A stretch of 62,916 nt of DNA, counting the filler, from Stramenopiles sp. TOSAG23-6 (Eukaryota), in the NCBI GenBank assembly GCA_900128565.1. It is 10 parts of 10 records of this genome, joined end to end, with 100 filler letters (N's around TTAATTAATTAA, not from the genome) between each part and the next. Parts side by side here need not be neighbours in the genome. Positions count along the whole stretch, not along the records: positions 1 to 9,472 come from LT636367.1; positions 9,573 to 19,013 come from LT636368.1; 8 more parts are not named here. One strand, written 5' to 3'. Within the stretch, counting starts at the first letter, position 1, and each line of letters begins with the position of its first letter. The position numbers and the translations under genes are program-made. This document shows positions 1 through 11,450 of this stretch, piece by piece. Under the pieces are notes generated by a model. The model was given only the letters and a program-made list of their open reading frames with translations. It did not search any database and was not told the DNA's origin.

Positions 1-56
1 AAATTTCGTACGAAAAAAAATTCGATTTTTTTGTTTAAAAAAAAAAATAAAACATA

Positions 57-1958
57 TATACAGTTGTATACGTCCAATCAAACTCGTATGTTTTCGTTTT
101 CCCATCTTTTACGTATTGTGAAAAAATATTTCAAATTTATTTTTGTTAGGTACAAAGTTTCATATAAAAATATTTTCAGGTAAAACTTTTGAAATGACAA
201 CGTACACAACTTGTTTTCCAATTGGACAACTGAAACCCTTATCTTTCCAATGAGCTGCGGCTGGAACTTTAAGATTTCTTTTTTCCTTTTCTTCGGGTGT
301 TAAACTCACAAAACCTGTCTCTTCAAGCCCTCCCTGTGCTGTCATTTCCAATGAAAATGATGTCAAATATTCAACTTTTAGAAAATTATTTCCAAAAACC
401 ATTTCAGGAAAATCGAAATCACCAATACCCTGGCCTCTATCAAAGCCTGCACAAATAGCAGAGTGGAGAACTTCTAGTTCGCTCGATGAAGATAATACTT
501 TATTCTTACAACACGAAATCTTCCATTTCCCAATATGAATACCAGAATCATCAGGAAGGAGATTATATGATGGTGATTGTGAATTGTTCACAATAGAACC
601 AACAGAAAATATCTTTGGTGTTTTTGATGTTGAAGGATCTGATTCATTAGGAGAATTATTAAGGACACTTTTACTATTATTCTCGTCAATATTTATATAA
701 TTACCTAAAGATAACCACGTTGTAGTCTGAGACTTGGAACTTGATGAACATTGTTTTTTATCTTTACGATTATTATAGTTTGACGAACCAAATACATCTG
801 AAAAATAATTTTTCGGTGCACGAAAATTTGTTATAAATGGTGACGTCATTTTTGGTACCATATTTGATGTATCAGTCAATGTTGATGATTGAGTACGCCA
901 TGCAGCGTGGAATATTGACCCAAANAAAAAATGTTGTACTACAGGAAATTTGCCTAAAACTTCACCTTCAAACATTTTACTTAAACCAGAATAAATTTTC
1001 ATCCAAACACCAATTCGACCTTTTGATTTCGCTAGTTTATATAAAATAGGGGAAGTTTCATTAAATGGCGCCCCTGTTTTTACAGTCTGTACAAATTGGA
1101 CGGCATCAAGATACAAATATTTATGCGAATAACAATCCATAATTTCCTGACTTAAAACTGATCGAGGTTTTATCATAGGGTGATTCGCTAGCTGTGCAGC
1201 TCCAAAAAGAAATGGTAAAATGTTATAGTCATCAAGACTCCATGAAATGTGAAAAAAAAAAATTGGATAAAAAATTCGTTAGGTAGAAAATTTCATACGA
1301 AAAATAATAAATTTGAAATCCATGATGAAAATGTACAAGCTCCATGAGACCCCGCTGGTTCCAGACCATACAATCTCATAAGTTTACGAATCAATTGGAT
1401 ATATACAGGGAATACTTTTAGACCAATGTATGTGAGGTCATCGCGTTTTACTATTTGAAGTTTGTATAACGAACACAACCAAATTGCAAACGCTGCTTCA
1501 TGGCCAGTGCCATAATCTATACGGGTACTGTTCCCAAAGGAGACCATCCAGTAAGCAGCAAGCTCCGCAGCACAAGAACAAGATATATCTGATGTGGCTT
1601 TAGTGTTTGCATCTTGCTTAAAAGTTGAGCCTTGAATAATCTGTTCCATTAATGACAAGGCACATTTTTCCATGGCAGTTGACCAAGAACGGAAAGCTTT
1701 ATTACCAAAACGTTGAGCAGTTTTTAAAGGTGGATGTTCGTCCGTTAAATTACTTATCGTAGACAATGCTGAGATTATACGCAAAACTACTTCACCGATC
1801 ATACCCTTTTCAAATTTATAGTCTAACGGCTTTCCGGCAATGGCTTCGGAGACAAGTTTGATAAATTGGAGAAGCTGCGTCCTTGCTTCACTTTTTTCCC
1901 AATGTACCATGTCTGCAGGAGAACCGATGGCACGACTTGGTTTCTGAAAAACAGACAT
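57..1958 (-). CDS. PTPA (PP2A activator) fused to a TIP41/TIPRL domain; multi-exon, 3' end runs off the contig
   Basis: PTPA motifs RFGNKAFR, FGNSTRIDYGTGHE, LEPAGSHGA|WSLDDY and KFPVVQHF, then an S/N-rich linker, then TIP41 motifs PEMVFGNN, LKVPAAAHW and YEFDWTYTT. Introns 1242-1336 and 111-205. Confidence 0.85.
111..205 (-). mobile_element. Introner-like intron, GT...TAC-GT (TSD GT)
   Basis: GTT GT|GTACGTTG...CACAATACGT|A AAA GAT. Removal puts TIP41 DWTYTT in frame. Confidence 0.8.
1242..1336 (-). mobile_element. Introner-like intron, GT...AT
   Basis: GCT T|GTACATTTT...TTTCAT|GG AGT CTT GAT GAC restores conserved PTPA SHGAWSLDDY. Confidence 0.85.
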
Positions 1959-2324
1959 TACAGAAGTTTAACAAATGTATACGACAATATATACCTGCTA
2001 AAATATACCACACTGAGTTTTTAAGACAGCCGCTGCTCAAAGGTGCTTCGCTGAATGCTGGCACCAAATCGAGACTTCGACTTTGACAAGTTTGACAGCA
2101 ATAATTTTTTGACCGAGCGAGCCGACGAGCAAATTTTCGAAATGAATAATGAATACCTTGCACTAAATATGATATTTAATATAAAATGATTACATTGTCA
2201 ATGTTACTGTCAGAATGATTCTTTGACATTACAAAATAGAGATTGTGATGTCTTACCTTTTATGATAACTCTTTTTTTACCACCAGTTTTTAGATAAAAC
2301 AAAGTTCTTTCATATCCAATTTAA

Positions 2325-3178
2325 ATGTTAACTGTACAAGTTGGTCAGTGTGGGAATCAATTAGGAACTGAAATTTTTTGTTCTGTTGCAGATGAGTTGA
2401 AAAAACCTCGGCCTCTCGCAATTCCAAGTTTTGATGAATTTTATCGTCGTAGTGTTGAAAGTTTTTTCCGTGTAGACTATGATCATGACACACGATCAAG
2501 AAGAATTGGAACTGGAAATGATGGCAGGTTAATTGCAAGATCAATATTAGTCGATACAGAGCCTCGCGTAGTTGCAGGTTGTTTTGCAGCAGCAGAGCGG
2601 AAGGGTACGTTTAAATTTGATCATCGTAATGCAGTTACTCGTGAAAGTGGCTCTGCCAATAACTGGGCTCATGGTTACTGTTTGCACGGTCACACATTGA
2701 GAGAAGAGGTTGTTGAACTCGCACGACGTGAAATTGAGCTTTGTGATTACTTTGGTGGTTTCCATATACTTATGAGTGTTGCCGGTGGAACTGGGTCTGG
2801 CGTCGGAACTTTTCTCACAGAAACTTTACGGGACATATTTCCGTCACCGCGTATTTTAAATTCAGTAGTTTGGCCATATGATAATGGCGAAGTAATTGTC
2901 CAAAACTATAATGCATTATTGACACTATCAAACGTACGTTTTATATGAATTTCCAAATTATTTTTTTTTCATACGAAATTCCGTACCTAACAATTTTTTT
3001 TGAAATATTTTTTCACAATACATGTACAAAACGTTTCTGATAGTATTTTAGTTTTTGAAAATGACCACATTCACGAAATGTGTCGAAAGCTTTATCATAT
3101 AGATAAGCCTCGATTTTCAGATATGAATAACGTGATAGCACGGCATTTTTGTTCCACTTTTCTTCCATCATTAGACAT
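2325..3178 (+). CDS. TUBD1: Delta-tubulin, N-terminal part (no continuation after the second intron)
   Basis: QVGQCGNQLG, SILVDTEP, SGSANNWAHGY, SVAGGTGSGVG and GEVIVQNYNALLTLS|VQNVSDSILVFEND are characteristic of delta-tubulin. Confidence 0.85.
2934..3023 (+). mobile_element. Introner-like intron, GT...TAC-AT
   Basis: TCA AAC|GTACGTTTT...CACAATACAT|GTA CAA AAC restores the tubulin frame. Confidence 0.85.
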
Positions 3179-3280
3179 GTATGTTTTTTTTAATTTTTTT
3201 TCAATTTCGAATTTTTTTTTTCATACGAAATTTCGTACCTAACAATTTTTTTTTTTTTGAAATATTTTTTCACAATACGT
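3179..3280 (+). mobile_element. Introner-like copy at the point where tubulin coding stops
   Basis: Full family consensus. The downstream sequence is not tubulin. Confidence 0.7.
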
Positions 3281-3647
3281 GTATGGAATGATAACCTAGA
3301 GTCTTGGGGATATGTCCTTTTATCACTCCACGAATGTATCATCTTTTTTGTTTTGGTACACGTCATTGACTTGGTTAGGTTACATATATTTCTAATTCAT
3401 ACAAAACAATCTACTTATTCCTATTTAATGGCACTAACAAAAAAACAAACTGCACTTCGTCGAGCAAGACGAGAAGAAAAGAAAATAAATACAAACAAAC
3501 AACANGTTATTCCTGATGATGATATACCTACGAAGAATACTGATGAAATGAAAGAAGTTATTTCTGATGATGATATACCAACAAAGGAGGATAAAGATGT
3601 GGACTCTGTATAAATCCATTATAATAGTGCATCAATAAATGAATACC

Positions 3648-3911
3648 TTTTTATTCTTGAAAACATTTCAAAAGTTTCTTTATTTTTTTTTATTCTTGAA
3701 AACATTTCAAAAGTTTCTTTGGTTTTTTTTATTCTTGAAAACATTTCAAAAGTTTCTTTGGTTTGTTTATTCAATAAGTGATTAATTAATATAATAATAA
3801 TTNATTATTTAGTTTGTTTATTCAATAAGTGATCAATTAAAATAATAATAATTCGTTATTTAGTTTGTTTATTCAATAAGTGATCAATTAATATAATAAT
3901 AATTCGTTATT
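3648..3911. repeat. Two adjacent AT-rich tandem arrays (3 copies each)
   Basis: TTTTATTCTTGAAAACATTTCAAAAGTTTCTTT x3, then GTTTGTTTATTCAATAAGTGAT(C)AATTAA...TTATTT x3. Confidence 0.85.
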
Positions 3912-3915
3912 TACT

Positions 3916-5311
3916 TTATATGCCATACATTCTTTTTCTGTTTGCTTTGGTTTTGGTATAAATTTTTGTATAGCTTTCTTTTGGATATTTCATATACGGT
4001 GAATCAAATTTTGTATTTGAATTCATCACTTGTAAGAATTTTCTATACTTTATTAACCCAGTGTATGTCGGATCAAATATATGAAAGCAACTATGAACTT
4101 GATGAACATTTAACTGTANTTCTTTTGTTAAAATATCTCTGAATATTTTATACGACACGACACCTAGATTATTTTTATCAAAACTCTGCAATATTAAATT
4201 CATTTTATCATTACAATACTCACTATGCAANACAAGTCGTTGTAAATAAAATCTTGTTTCTTGAATAGAACTTTCTGTTTTAAAAAANCTTTTTTTTTTN
4301 GATATCTCTTGTTTCGTTACTCATTCTACATTTACCAGAATATTTTGTTTGTTTTTGTACTTGTAACTGAAGAGTAGGATTAGGGTTAGTGTTTGGTGGG
4401 CTTTTTTCTTGTATTACCTCACGTACAATTTCACTTCTAGTAATAGGTTGATGNCGTTTTGTAGGGAATTTTAGTCTGTATTGTGCAGCTAAATCTCCAA
4501 TACTATGAATGACTTCTTGGCTACGCAGCATATTTATTTCTTTTTCAATCTTTAATTTAGTCTCTGAAATTTTATTCTCTGTATCATTTAACATTTCTTC
4601 TATTCTTTCAGTAGTATAAATTTTATTCTCTGTATCATTTAACATTTCTTCTTTTCCTTCAGTATTATTATTTGTGAAAGCTTTGTAGAGAGAGGTTAAG
4701 GATAGATTAACTTCATTGAGATCTACATTAAACATTGATTCATTATTAAATAATAGTCTTTCAGCTGTTTTTATGCTTTTTTCTACCATGTCAACATTTA
4801 CTGAGTTGATACAAACTTTCGATANTTCTTCCTCCGCGGCAGATATAGAAACCTCAGCTTCATCTAAGTCNATGTAACNATAAATGTTGCTAGAAAGTAT
4901 TGNCTTTTTNAAAAACGGAGAATTTGACCAATCAGAGGCTTTTTCTTTATCATACTGTTTTTCATTCTCAATGATATTCGAAATATCTATACTATATTTC
5001 CTTGCACATTGAATAATATAAACAGAATGAGTAAACCATTCAGAAACTTGAAAAAACTCAACACAGTTTCCAGGAGAAGTTTCCGCTAAATATTCAAGAC
5101 ATTTTCTAAGGCTAAGCGCTACTTCATCTCGTGCTGGTNTTCCGTCTAGNTANAATGCTTTCCAAATCCAATCTGAAAATGATTTAATNTTCATGCCAAA
5201 AAGAAGACCATTAGTTGCAAAATAATGAAANGGTCTATGTGCCAGTGAGAGAAACTGCTTCACTTGTTTTACATGAGANGTCATCATATTTTGCCCATTT
5301 GTTGTAATCAT
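3916..5311 (-). CDS. Hypothetical coiled-coil protein with a C-terminal EF-hand-like pair; probable frameshift in a homopolymer near 4280-4300
   Basis: ORFs 4280-5311 and 3916-4230 are separated by an N-containing A/T run. FDKNNLGVVSY and FDPTYTGLIKY resemble EF loops. Many single Ns. Confidence 0.4.
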
Positions 5312-5859
5312 GTGAACTCAAATAAGGATCAAAGTCAAAATAAATGGAATTTCATACACAAATATGAAAAGAATACACGTTTAAATTTGTTGTCTCGAAA
5401 ACAAGTAAAGAGAGTAGGCCTATAGAGTGCTTTGCATCTTCTTTGTTTTTTTAACCGACGCCGTTAAAAAAAAAAAACAGCTAGGGTTAGGGTTGTATGA
5501 ATACACCACGTGTCAACAATCAGTCGACATGAGTAACAACAACCACTTCGGGCGGCTGCAATGCTGCAGCACGGGGGATCTTTTGGCTAAGAGCTTGACG
5601 ATGACATGACTATCACACTGTCATATTTAAACGATGTATAATGATTGAGTCTTGAAGATTGCATTGTAGGTGTGATGAGATTGTAAAATGTGATCTTGTT
5701 TGAGATATGTTCATTCCATTATAAAAGGGTGTTAAAAATTATCGGGAATACATTTTATTTGATCGAGATAAATTTTATTTGTTTTACAATGTACAATTAC
5801 TATATATCATGCTTGCACGTGTGATATTGTTTGTATGTAAAGCGGTTTTGCAAATTGCG

Positions 5860-8800
5860 TCAACGGATTTTTCGTAGAGGCAATTTTTTTTTTTGCATTA
5901 CTTTGGAGAGGTTTCCGGTTGATGGATCACATTTGTACATCTCACCAGGTTGCTGAAGCCAGTGGGTGTTTGTCGTCAGTGCTACATTTACATTGTTGTT
6001 TTCTTCGACGATGATGACAATATCGTCTTTTCCTATATTGTGGTAGTTTGTATTTTTTTCGTTTTGTACGCCTGGGCTTTTATGGTGGAATGTCCTATAG
6101 TGTTGTTTACTGTCATGTAGTAGGTGGATGTCGACTTTATGTTGTTTAGCCGCCGAACTTAAGAAGTCTGCTGTGTTTGATTGTTTGTCTTGTGGAATAC
6201 TTTTTATTATAGTCTTTGTCGTTAGATGATGATTCGGATGCTGCTCATTTTTTATGTTAAATGCAATTGCCTCTGCAAACATGTGTATCACATTCTCGAC
6301 TCTTCTGCATGGGAACAGATGCCGCTGTAAAGTAGCTACAGTTTGTTGTAGGTTTTTATTCACTTTGCCTTGACGTATGCGTCCTTTATCACTTTCATAA
6401 AACTTGTTGATTGCTTTTTGCGGTCGTGGCTTTCTGCTACACGTCCTTTTTGCTGGTGATGGCGACATGTGGATGTGAAGACGTTTACGTTTTAGTGGGG
6501 TGGGAGGTGCTTTAGATTTTTTATGTTGCGTAGTTCTTTGCATGGACTGCCGCCATTTCTCGCGCCTTTCCCTCTTTGCTGCTTCTCTTTGTTCCTTTTT
6601 ATCTTTTAAAAACTTAATCCGTGCTTGTTGCCTTTCGTGTTGCTCTTTTTCCTTTCTTTCCTGAATTTGATGAAGTTTCTTCAGTGCGTTCTGTTTTAAT
6701 AGGTTACATTTTTCTTGTATTGCTGCACTTTTTAAAATGATTTGTGTTTCATTGGTGTTTGTTTTCATGATAAAGGTTCTTCCTGATGCAGTTTTCAGCA
6801 TTGTGTCAGCTTGAATAGCTTCTAGATGCGCCTCTAGTGCTAGTATGTCATACCTTGCTTTTGCAAGTTTTTCCGCGTCGAGTGGGCGTGATAGCATTAA
6901 GTCACCAAGTCGTCGGCATCTGGAAGCGCCGGTGTAGGCCATACTTTGATATGGGCATGGTAGTTTCTTTGCTGAACATTCTCGTCCTATGAGTTCGTCA
7001 AGTGTTAAGTGTGATAATAGAAATGCATCTAGACTCATTCCCTGTCTTGAGTGGATGGTACCACAGAAATTCTGAGCTATTGGAACTTGAAACACAGATA
7101 CGTGTACAATACCAGCACCGCAGCACTGTAGTTCTTGTTTGTTCCAGTGCGGAATAACGATAGTTTGGCCTTGTGGTAGTCCTGGAGTTCTATAATGTTT
7201 TGTGTGTTCAAGCTGGTGTTCCAGAATAATGCAGTCTACATCTAATGCGAAGACGTAGTGGACACACTCTTTCTGATCCCACATGACTGACGCGTTTGGT
7301 TTTAGTATGATATCTACTATCTTCACAGGTACTCCATTCTTGTGGGCAGAGTCATTCGCATGGTTTTCGAGAAATTTGTACTCGCCGCCGGCAATGCAGC
7401 GCAAAACTGGTGCAAGATGTGGATTTAGATTCTTTTCCGTCATGTATTTTAGATAGTATTGTGCATCTTTTAGTCTTTGTCTTACTGAGCCTTTTTTCGT
7501 GTGTCTTACATTTGCGACAATCTTTAGAAAGCCTCGTTGTCTCCAGTCTTGCACACTTGGTTCTGATGTGCTTCCGCCTTCTGCATGTACATGTTTTCCA
7601 GCTGCTGCATTCCTGCAGTTGAATGTATGGTAATTAAGCCTGTCTTTTACAGCTTGGAAAGGGACGCCTGCTCGTAGCTCACTTTTGCAGTAGTGGACGA
7701 AGATGTTGTCGCCACTTACTGCTTCCACGGCGGCAGTAAATGATATTGGTTGTTGTCGCTTGGGTATTCCGTGTAGTCGTTCTTTTCGCTCTTTTTTAGT
7801 TTCGCACTTGGGGATGTGGTACTTTGCGCTTTTGAATATACATTGTCTCGTTGTGCAGTTGTCTGTTGGGCGTGAGTATATTTCGATCCATGTTTGTCCT
7901 TCTTCAAAGTCTGCATGAAGGTCAGTTTGACATCTCCATATATTATTCAAAATTTCACCGTTTCTACACCATTTGGTCGTACTTCCTTTTGTACTACCTG
8001 ACATATACCCGTTAGTGCAGAAACCAATGTTTATGGTGTCGTCATTTTCTGTTGAATGTGTTAGTCCAATAACTGCATGGGTTTGGTTAGCACTTGAATC
8101 AGTTTGTGTCTTATTTAGTATAAACGGCCATAAACTGTTCCCACGACGGTGACACCCTCCAACTTTCAGGAAGTGACCTCCTTTGTCCTTGGCAGCTGCA
8201 GCGCAGTATCCTTTGCGTGTTGACGTAGATGTAAAGAGTTGTGCATTAAACCATCCTGGATTTACTTTTCCTTGCTCATCGTGTATTGAACATGAATTAA
8301 GTGCATCAATATCATCATCTGTCAAGGTCGACGTCCTCATTCGTGAGAGGATGTCTTGTAAAAGATTGTCATGTAGCGCTCTGTAGTTTTTGTCTAGTAC
8401 GACAGCTGTGTTAATTCCTAACCGCGACACAGTTTCTTGAAATTCGTCAGTTCGGCTTCCTAGAAAAAGGTCTGCACCGCGAGATATCTTGCGCGTCCTG
8501 CATGTTTTTTCTATACAAGCATGTAGAGGTGTTCCACCGCTTGGCGGTAGCTGATGAAAGCCTGCTACAAGGACGACGTGGACTCCACCCCAGGGTCTTT
8601 CATAATCGATTGTGCTGTCGCAGTCTGAAGGTGGCTCACATGACATACGTTTGAGTTCTTTTACTTGACTTTCCAAATGATAGAGATCCTCAAGCGACAG
8701 CATTGAGGCCTCGTCAATAATTAATGTTGTGACTGCTGACCACTCTTCCAGTCGTTCGTTGTATTTTTTCCGCGCGGCTTGTGATTTTGGTATTTTGTAG

Positions 8801-9366
8801 CCGCCATTCTCTTTGTCAGGGATTAGTCCTACAGCTGAATGCCATGTACGCCCCCGGATCAGACACCCTGCGAGTCCGGTTGTTGCAGTCAACGCAAGGC
8901 TGTTGTCAATACCCCATAGTCTTGCAAAACGGTGAACTTCGTCAATTACGTTTGACTTTCCTGTACCACCTGCCCCACTTAATACCATGCGCAGGTGGTG
9001 TGTTTTGTAGTTGTTGTAGTTTTTCACGTTTGACCACATTTTCTTTGTGTAATCGATCTCAAAAGTCGATTCAAGAATAGCTTCCATGGCATACATTTCG
9101 GACACTTGTAGGGTGTATTTTCTTGCTAGTGATAATAGCATTGCTCTAGCTATATGTTCGAATGCGACACATTGCTTGCCCTCTAGTTGAGAATGTTTTA
9201 AGAAATGTGAAATTGACGGACGCGGTCCCATCTGGACGCTCTGTCTCGTTGAGGTTGCATCATCTAATTTCTGGTCTGTATGATTGTCAGTCGAAGGTTG
9301 CTGTAACAACTTCTGGTCTTCTGCTTCTGTCCACAATCTCATGCCCTCTGATCTTAACACCTCCAC
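5860..9366 (-). CDS. PIF1-family (SF1B) helicase, Helitron-like, 5'-truncated
   Basis: LSGAGGTGKS, TATTGLAG...GRTWHS, LIIDEASML, PWGGVHVVL..FHQLPP, NYRA, TIHSRQGMSLD and AYTGASR. Intronless and more GC-rich than neighbouring genes. Confidence 0.75.
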   Translation of the reverse strand: MEVLRSEGMRLWTEAEDQKLLQQPSTDNHTDQKLDDATSTRQSVQMGPRPSISHFLKHSQLEGKQCVAFEHIARAMLLSLARKYTLQVSEMYAMEAILESTFEIDYTKKMWSNVKNYNNYKTHHLRMVLSGAGGTGKSNVIDEVHRFARLWGIDNSLALTATTGLAGCLIRGRTWHSAVGLIPDKENGGYKIPKSQAARKKYNERLEEWSAVTTLIIDEASMLSLEDLYHLESQVKELKRMSCEPPSDCDSTIDYERPWGGVHVVLVAGFHQLPPSGGTPLHACIEKTCRTRKISRGADLFLGSRTDEFQETVSRLGINTAVVLDKNYRALHDNLLQDILSRMRTSTLTDDDIDALNSCSIHDEQGKVNPGWFNAQLFTSTSTRKGYCAAAAKDKGGHFLKVGGCHRRGNSLWPFILNKTQTDSSANQTHAVIGLTHSTENDDTINIGFCTNGYMSGSTKGSTTKWCRNGEILNNIWRCQTDLHADFEEGQTWIEIYSRPTDNCTTRQCIFKSAKYHIPKCETKKERKERLHGIPKRQQPISFTAAVEAVSGDNIFVHYCKSELRAGVPFQAVKDRLNYHTFNCRNAAAGKHVHAEGGSTSEPSVQDWRQRGFLKIVANVRHTKKGSVRQRLKDAQYYLKYMTEKNLNPHLAPVLRCIAGGEYKFLENHANDSAHKNGVPVKIVDIILKPNASVMWDQKECVHYVFALDVDCIILEHQLEHTKHYRTPGLPQGQTIVIPHWNKQELQCCGAGIVHVSVFQVPIAQNFCGTIHSRQGMSLDAFLLSHLTLDELIGRECSAKKLPCPYQSMAYTGASRCRRLGDLMLSRPLDAEKLAKARYDILALEAHLEAIQADTMLKTASGRTFIMKTNTNETQIILKSAAIQEKCNLLKQNALKKLHQIQERKEKEQHERQQARIKFLKDKKEQREAAKRERREKWRQSMQRTTQHKKSKAPPTPLKRKRLHIHMSPSPAKRTCSRKPRPQKAINKFYESDKGRIRQGKVNKNLQQTVATLQRHLFPCRRVENVIHMFAEAIAFNIKNEQHPNHHLTTKTIIKSIPQDKQSNTADFLSSAAKQHKVDIHLLHDSKQHYRTFHHKSPGVQNEKNTNYHNIGKDDIVIIVEENNNVNVALTTNTHWLQQPGEMYKCDPSTGNLSKVMQKKKLPLRKIR

Positions 9367-9368
9367 CC

Positions 9369-9472
9369 GCTTTCATCAGCTACCGCCAAGTGGTGAAACA
9401 CCTCTACATGCTTGTACAGAAAAAACATGCAGGACGCGCAAGATATCTCGCGGTGCAGACCTTTTTCTAGGA
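9369..9472 (+). repeat. Inverted, slightly diverged copy of helicase segment 8458-8561
   Basis: 104-nt reverse-complement match with 3 mismatches. Encodes FHQLPPSGETPLHAC...DLFLG. Confidence 0.85.
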
Positions 9473-9572
9473 NNNNNNNNNNNNNNNNNNNNNNNNNNNN
9501 NNNNNNNNNNNNNNNNTTAATTAATTAANNNNNNNNNNNNNNNNNNNNNNNNNNNNNNNNNNNNNNNNNNNN
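9473..9572. other. Artificial contig linker N-TTAATTAATTAA-N
   Basis: Identical 100-nt linkers with six-frame stops also occur at 19014-19113, 28535-28634, 38055-38154, 47571-47670, 57071-57170, 58533-58632, 59995-60094 and 61456-61555. Confidence 0.97.
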
Positions 9573-11123
9573 ACTCTTGTACTACTTGAAGGTGATCTCT
9601 GTTTTATATGACTTGTTTCCTTCATATGAGTAGTAAGAGGGATATCACGTGTACGTGAGCGTTTTGGATATTTTGGAGTCATATGCCTCTTTCTTCTCGG
9701 TGGGAGTGTTGGTTTTGGTTTATACCCACTTTTAATATATAACATTCCAAATGCATCTCTTCCATTTCTTGCATGTCTTATCATTTTACGTCGTTTCTTT
9801 ACATGTGATTTGAGTAATGTACTTCTTAGAAATTGATGAAAATCTGTCGAACCTCCATCAAGTAAATGTCTTATTTTCGTTTTAATTTCAAGTAAATCTT
9901 GTTCCATTTTTAAAATTCTTGGCAATCTTTGTTTGAATACATCTCTTCTTGGCAATCTTTGTTTGAATACATCTCTTCTGTTAAACTTTTTTTCAGCTTT
10001 TATTTCAAGACGAATTTCTTTTGCATGTGCTTTCCATTCATTTAGTAACTTCATACGTTTCATTGTAGAAAATATATCATTTTTTGTAAAAAAATATTTC
10101 AAACATTTGAAATCGTTAGGTACGAAATTTCGTACGAAAAAAAAATAAATTTGAAAAAAAAATAAAACGTACATTTTTTCTTCCGTCAAAAAAAGAACGC
10201 CTCTCCTCAAGACGTTTAACTCTGTTTGAAAGAACATTTTCTACTTTTCCATCTCTTCCATGTACTACTTTTTTAAAATTTTCTTCAGCATTGTTCATCT
10301 CTTTATTCACAAAATCAGCAGATATTTTTATACCATGTGAAATTGAATCTTTTATTGCCTTTATATTTTCTTCAGCATTGTTCATCTCTTTATTCACTAC
10401 ATCAACTGTTTTTTTCCTCATTGCCTTTATATTTTCTTCAATATTGTTCATCTCTTTATTGATAGCATGCAATGTTTGTTCTCCACTGTCCCTTATTACT
10501 CTTTGCATAGCATTTTCAGTCGCCCTCAGCTTGGATTCAGCATAATTCAACTCTTTTGTAACAAAATGCGCCGCTTGTTTTGTACTGTTTGCTACCATAG
10601 TTTTGGATTTTTTAATACCTGAACCAACTTGATGCAACTCTTTATTAAGAATCGTTTTGGATTTTTTAATACCTGAACTAATTTGATGCAACTCTTTATT
10701 AAGAAAAGGAACGACTTTACTTTTTTGTTTAGTTTTCAGTTTCTTATCTGATTTTTGAGATGTTTCAATTTTTACACTAGAACTCGATTTTTTATCGTCA
10801 TTTTCGAGAGCTTTACCAGGATGATCAGATGGTGGAGACAATCCTCTCATTCGCGCATATTGTGCTTGCATATGTTGATACGTAGCTATTGCTTTAGACT
10901 CTTCTATAGGATGATGTTTGTTTACATTTTCACCTTTAGTCGTTGCTTTACTTGAAGTATTTATGTTCTGTCTTGATTTTGGCTTACTACCATCACTTGA
11001 AGAGTCACTCTCGAAAGAGTCATTCTTGAAAGAATCACTCGAAGAAGTGTAACTACTACCACCATTTGAAGTAGACCCTTCTTCAGCTTTGGAACTGGAA
11101 TTTTTCGGATTACGCGATGACAT
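9573..11123 (-). CDS. Hypothetical protein: S-rich N-terminus, helical NKEMNN repeats, basic C-terminal part; 3'-partial
   Basis: ORFs 10116-11123 and 9521-10237 join in frame (AAA AAT|GAT ATA) after removing intron 10079-10173. Confidence 0.65.
10079..10173 (-). mobile_element. Introner-like intron, GT...AT (TSD AT)
   Basis: AAT|GTACGTTTT...TTTACAAAAAAT|GAT. Confidence 0.75.
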
Positions 11124-11450
11124 AAATACAGATACACTAAAGTTCTTAAAGTTCTGTATATATTCTTAAGAATAGATGAGATTCTTACTAAAGATGGGTG
11201 ATTGGTTTTGTAACGCTGCGGCACTGGATACTACTACTACTACTGTACTGGTCGCTTGTAAAAAGAAACTCAATTTTTCGTCAATTTTTCTGAAACGGAT
11301 CTTTCAAAAATCACGAAATATAATAAAAACCATGTCTTCGGGGATAATAAATCTAAAAAAATATAATCAAAAATCGACATTTATTGTGTAAATAGTATAT
11401 AATTCATCAAAGTTGAATCTATTTTGGATGTCCAATAATGACAGTCAAAA

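Noticed and set aside
5470-5860. Possible Helitron 3' end (CTAG near 5481)
   Set aside because: I could not identify a convincing subterminal hairpin or an AT insertion site.
9473-9572. Recurrent TTAATTAATTAA palindrome
   Set aside because: Always centred in a 100-nt N spacer; an artificial six-frame-stop linker.
10116-10237. Recurring peptides such as FFVRNFVPN, LGTKFR and YEILYLT in many ORFs
   Set aside because: These are translations of the repeated intron, not a protein domain.
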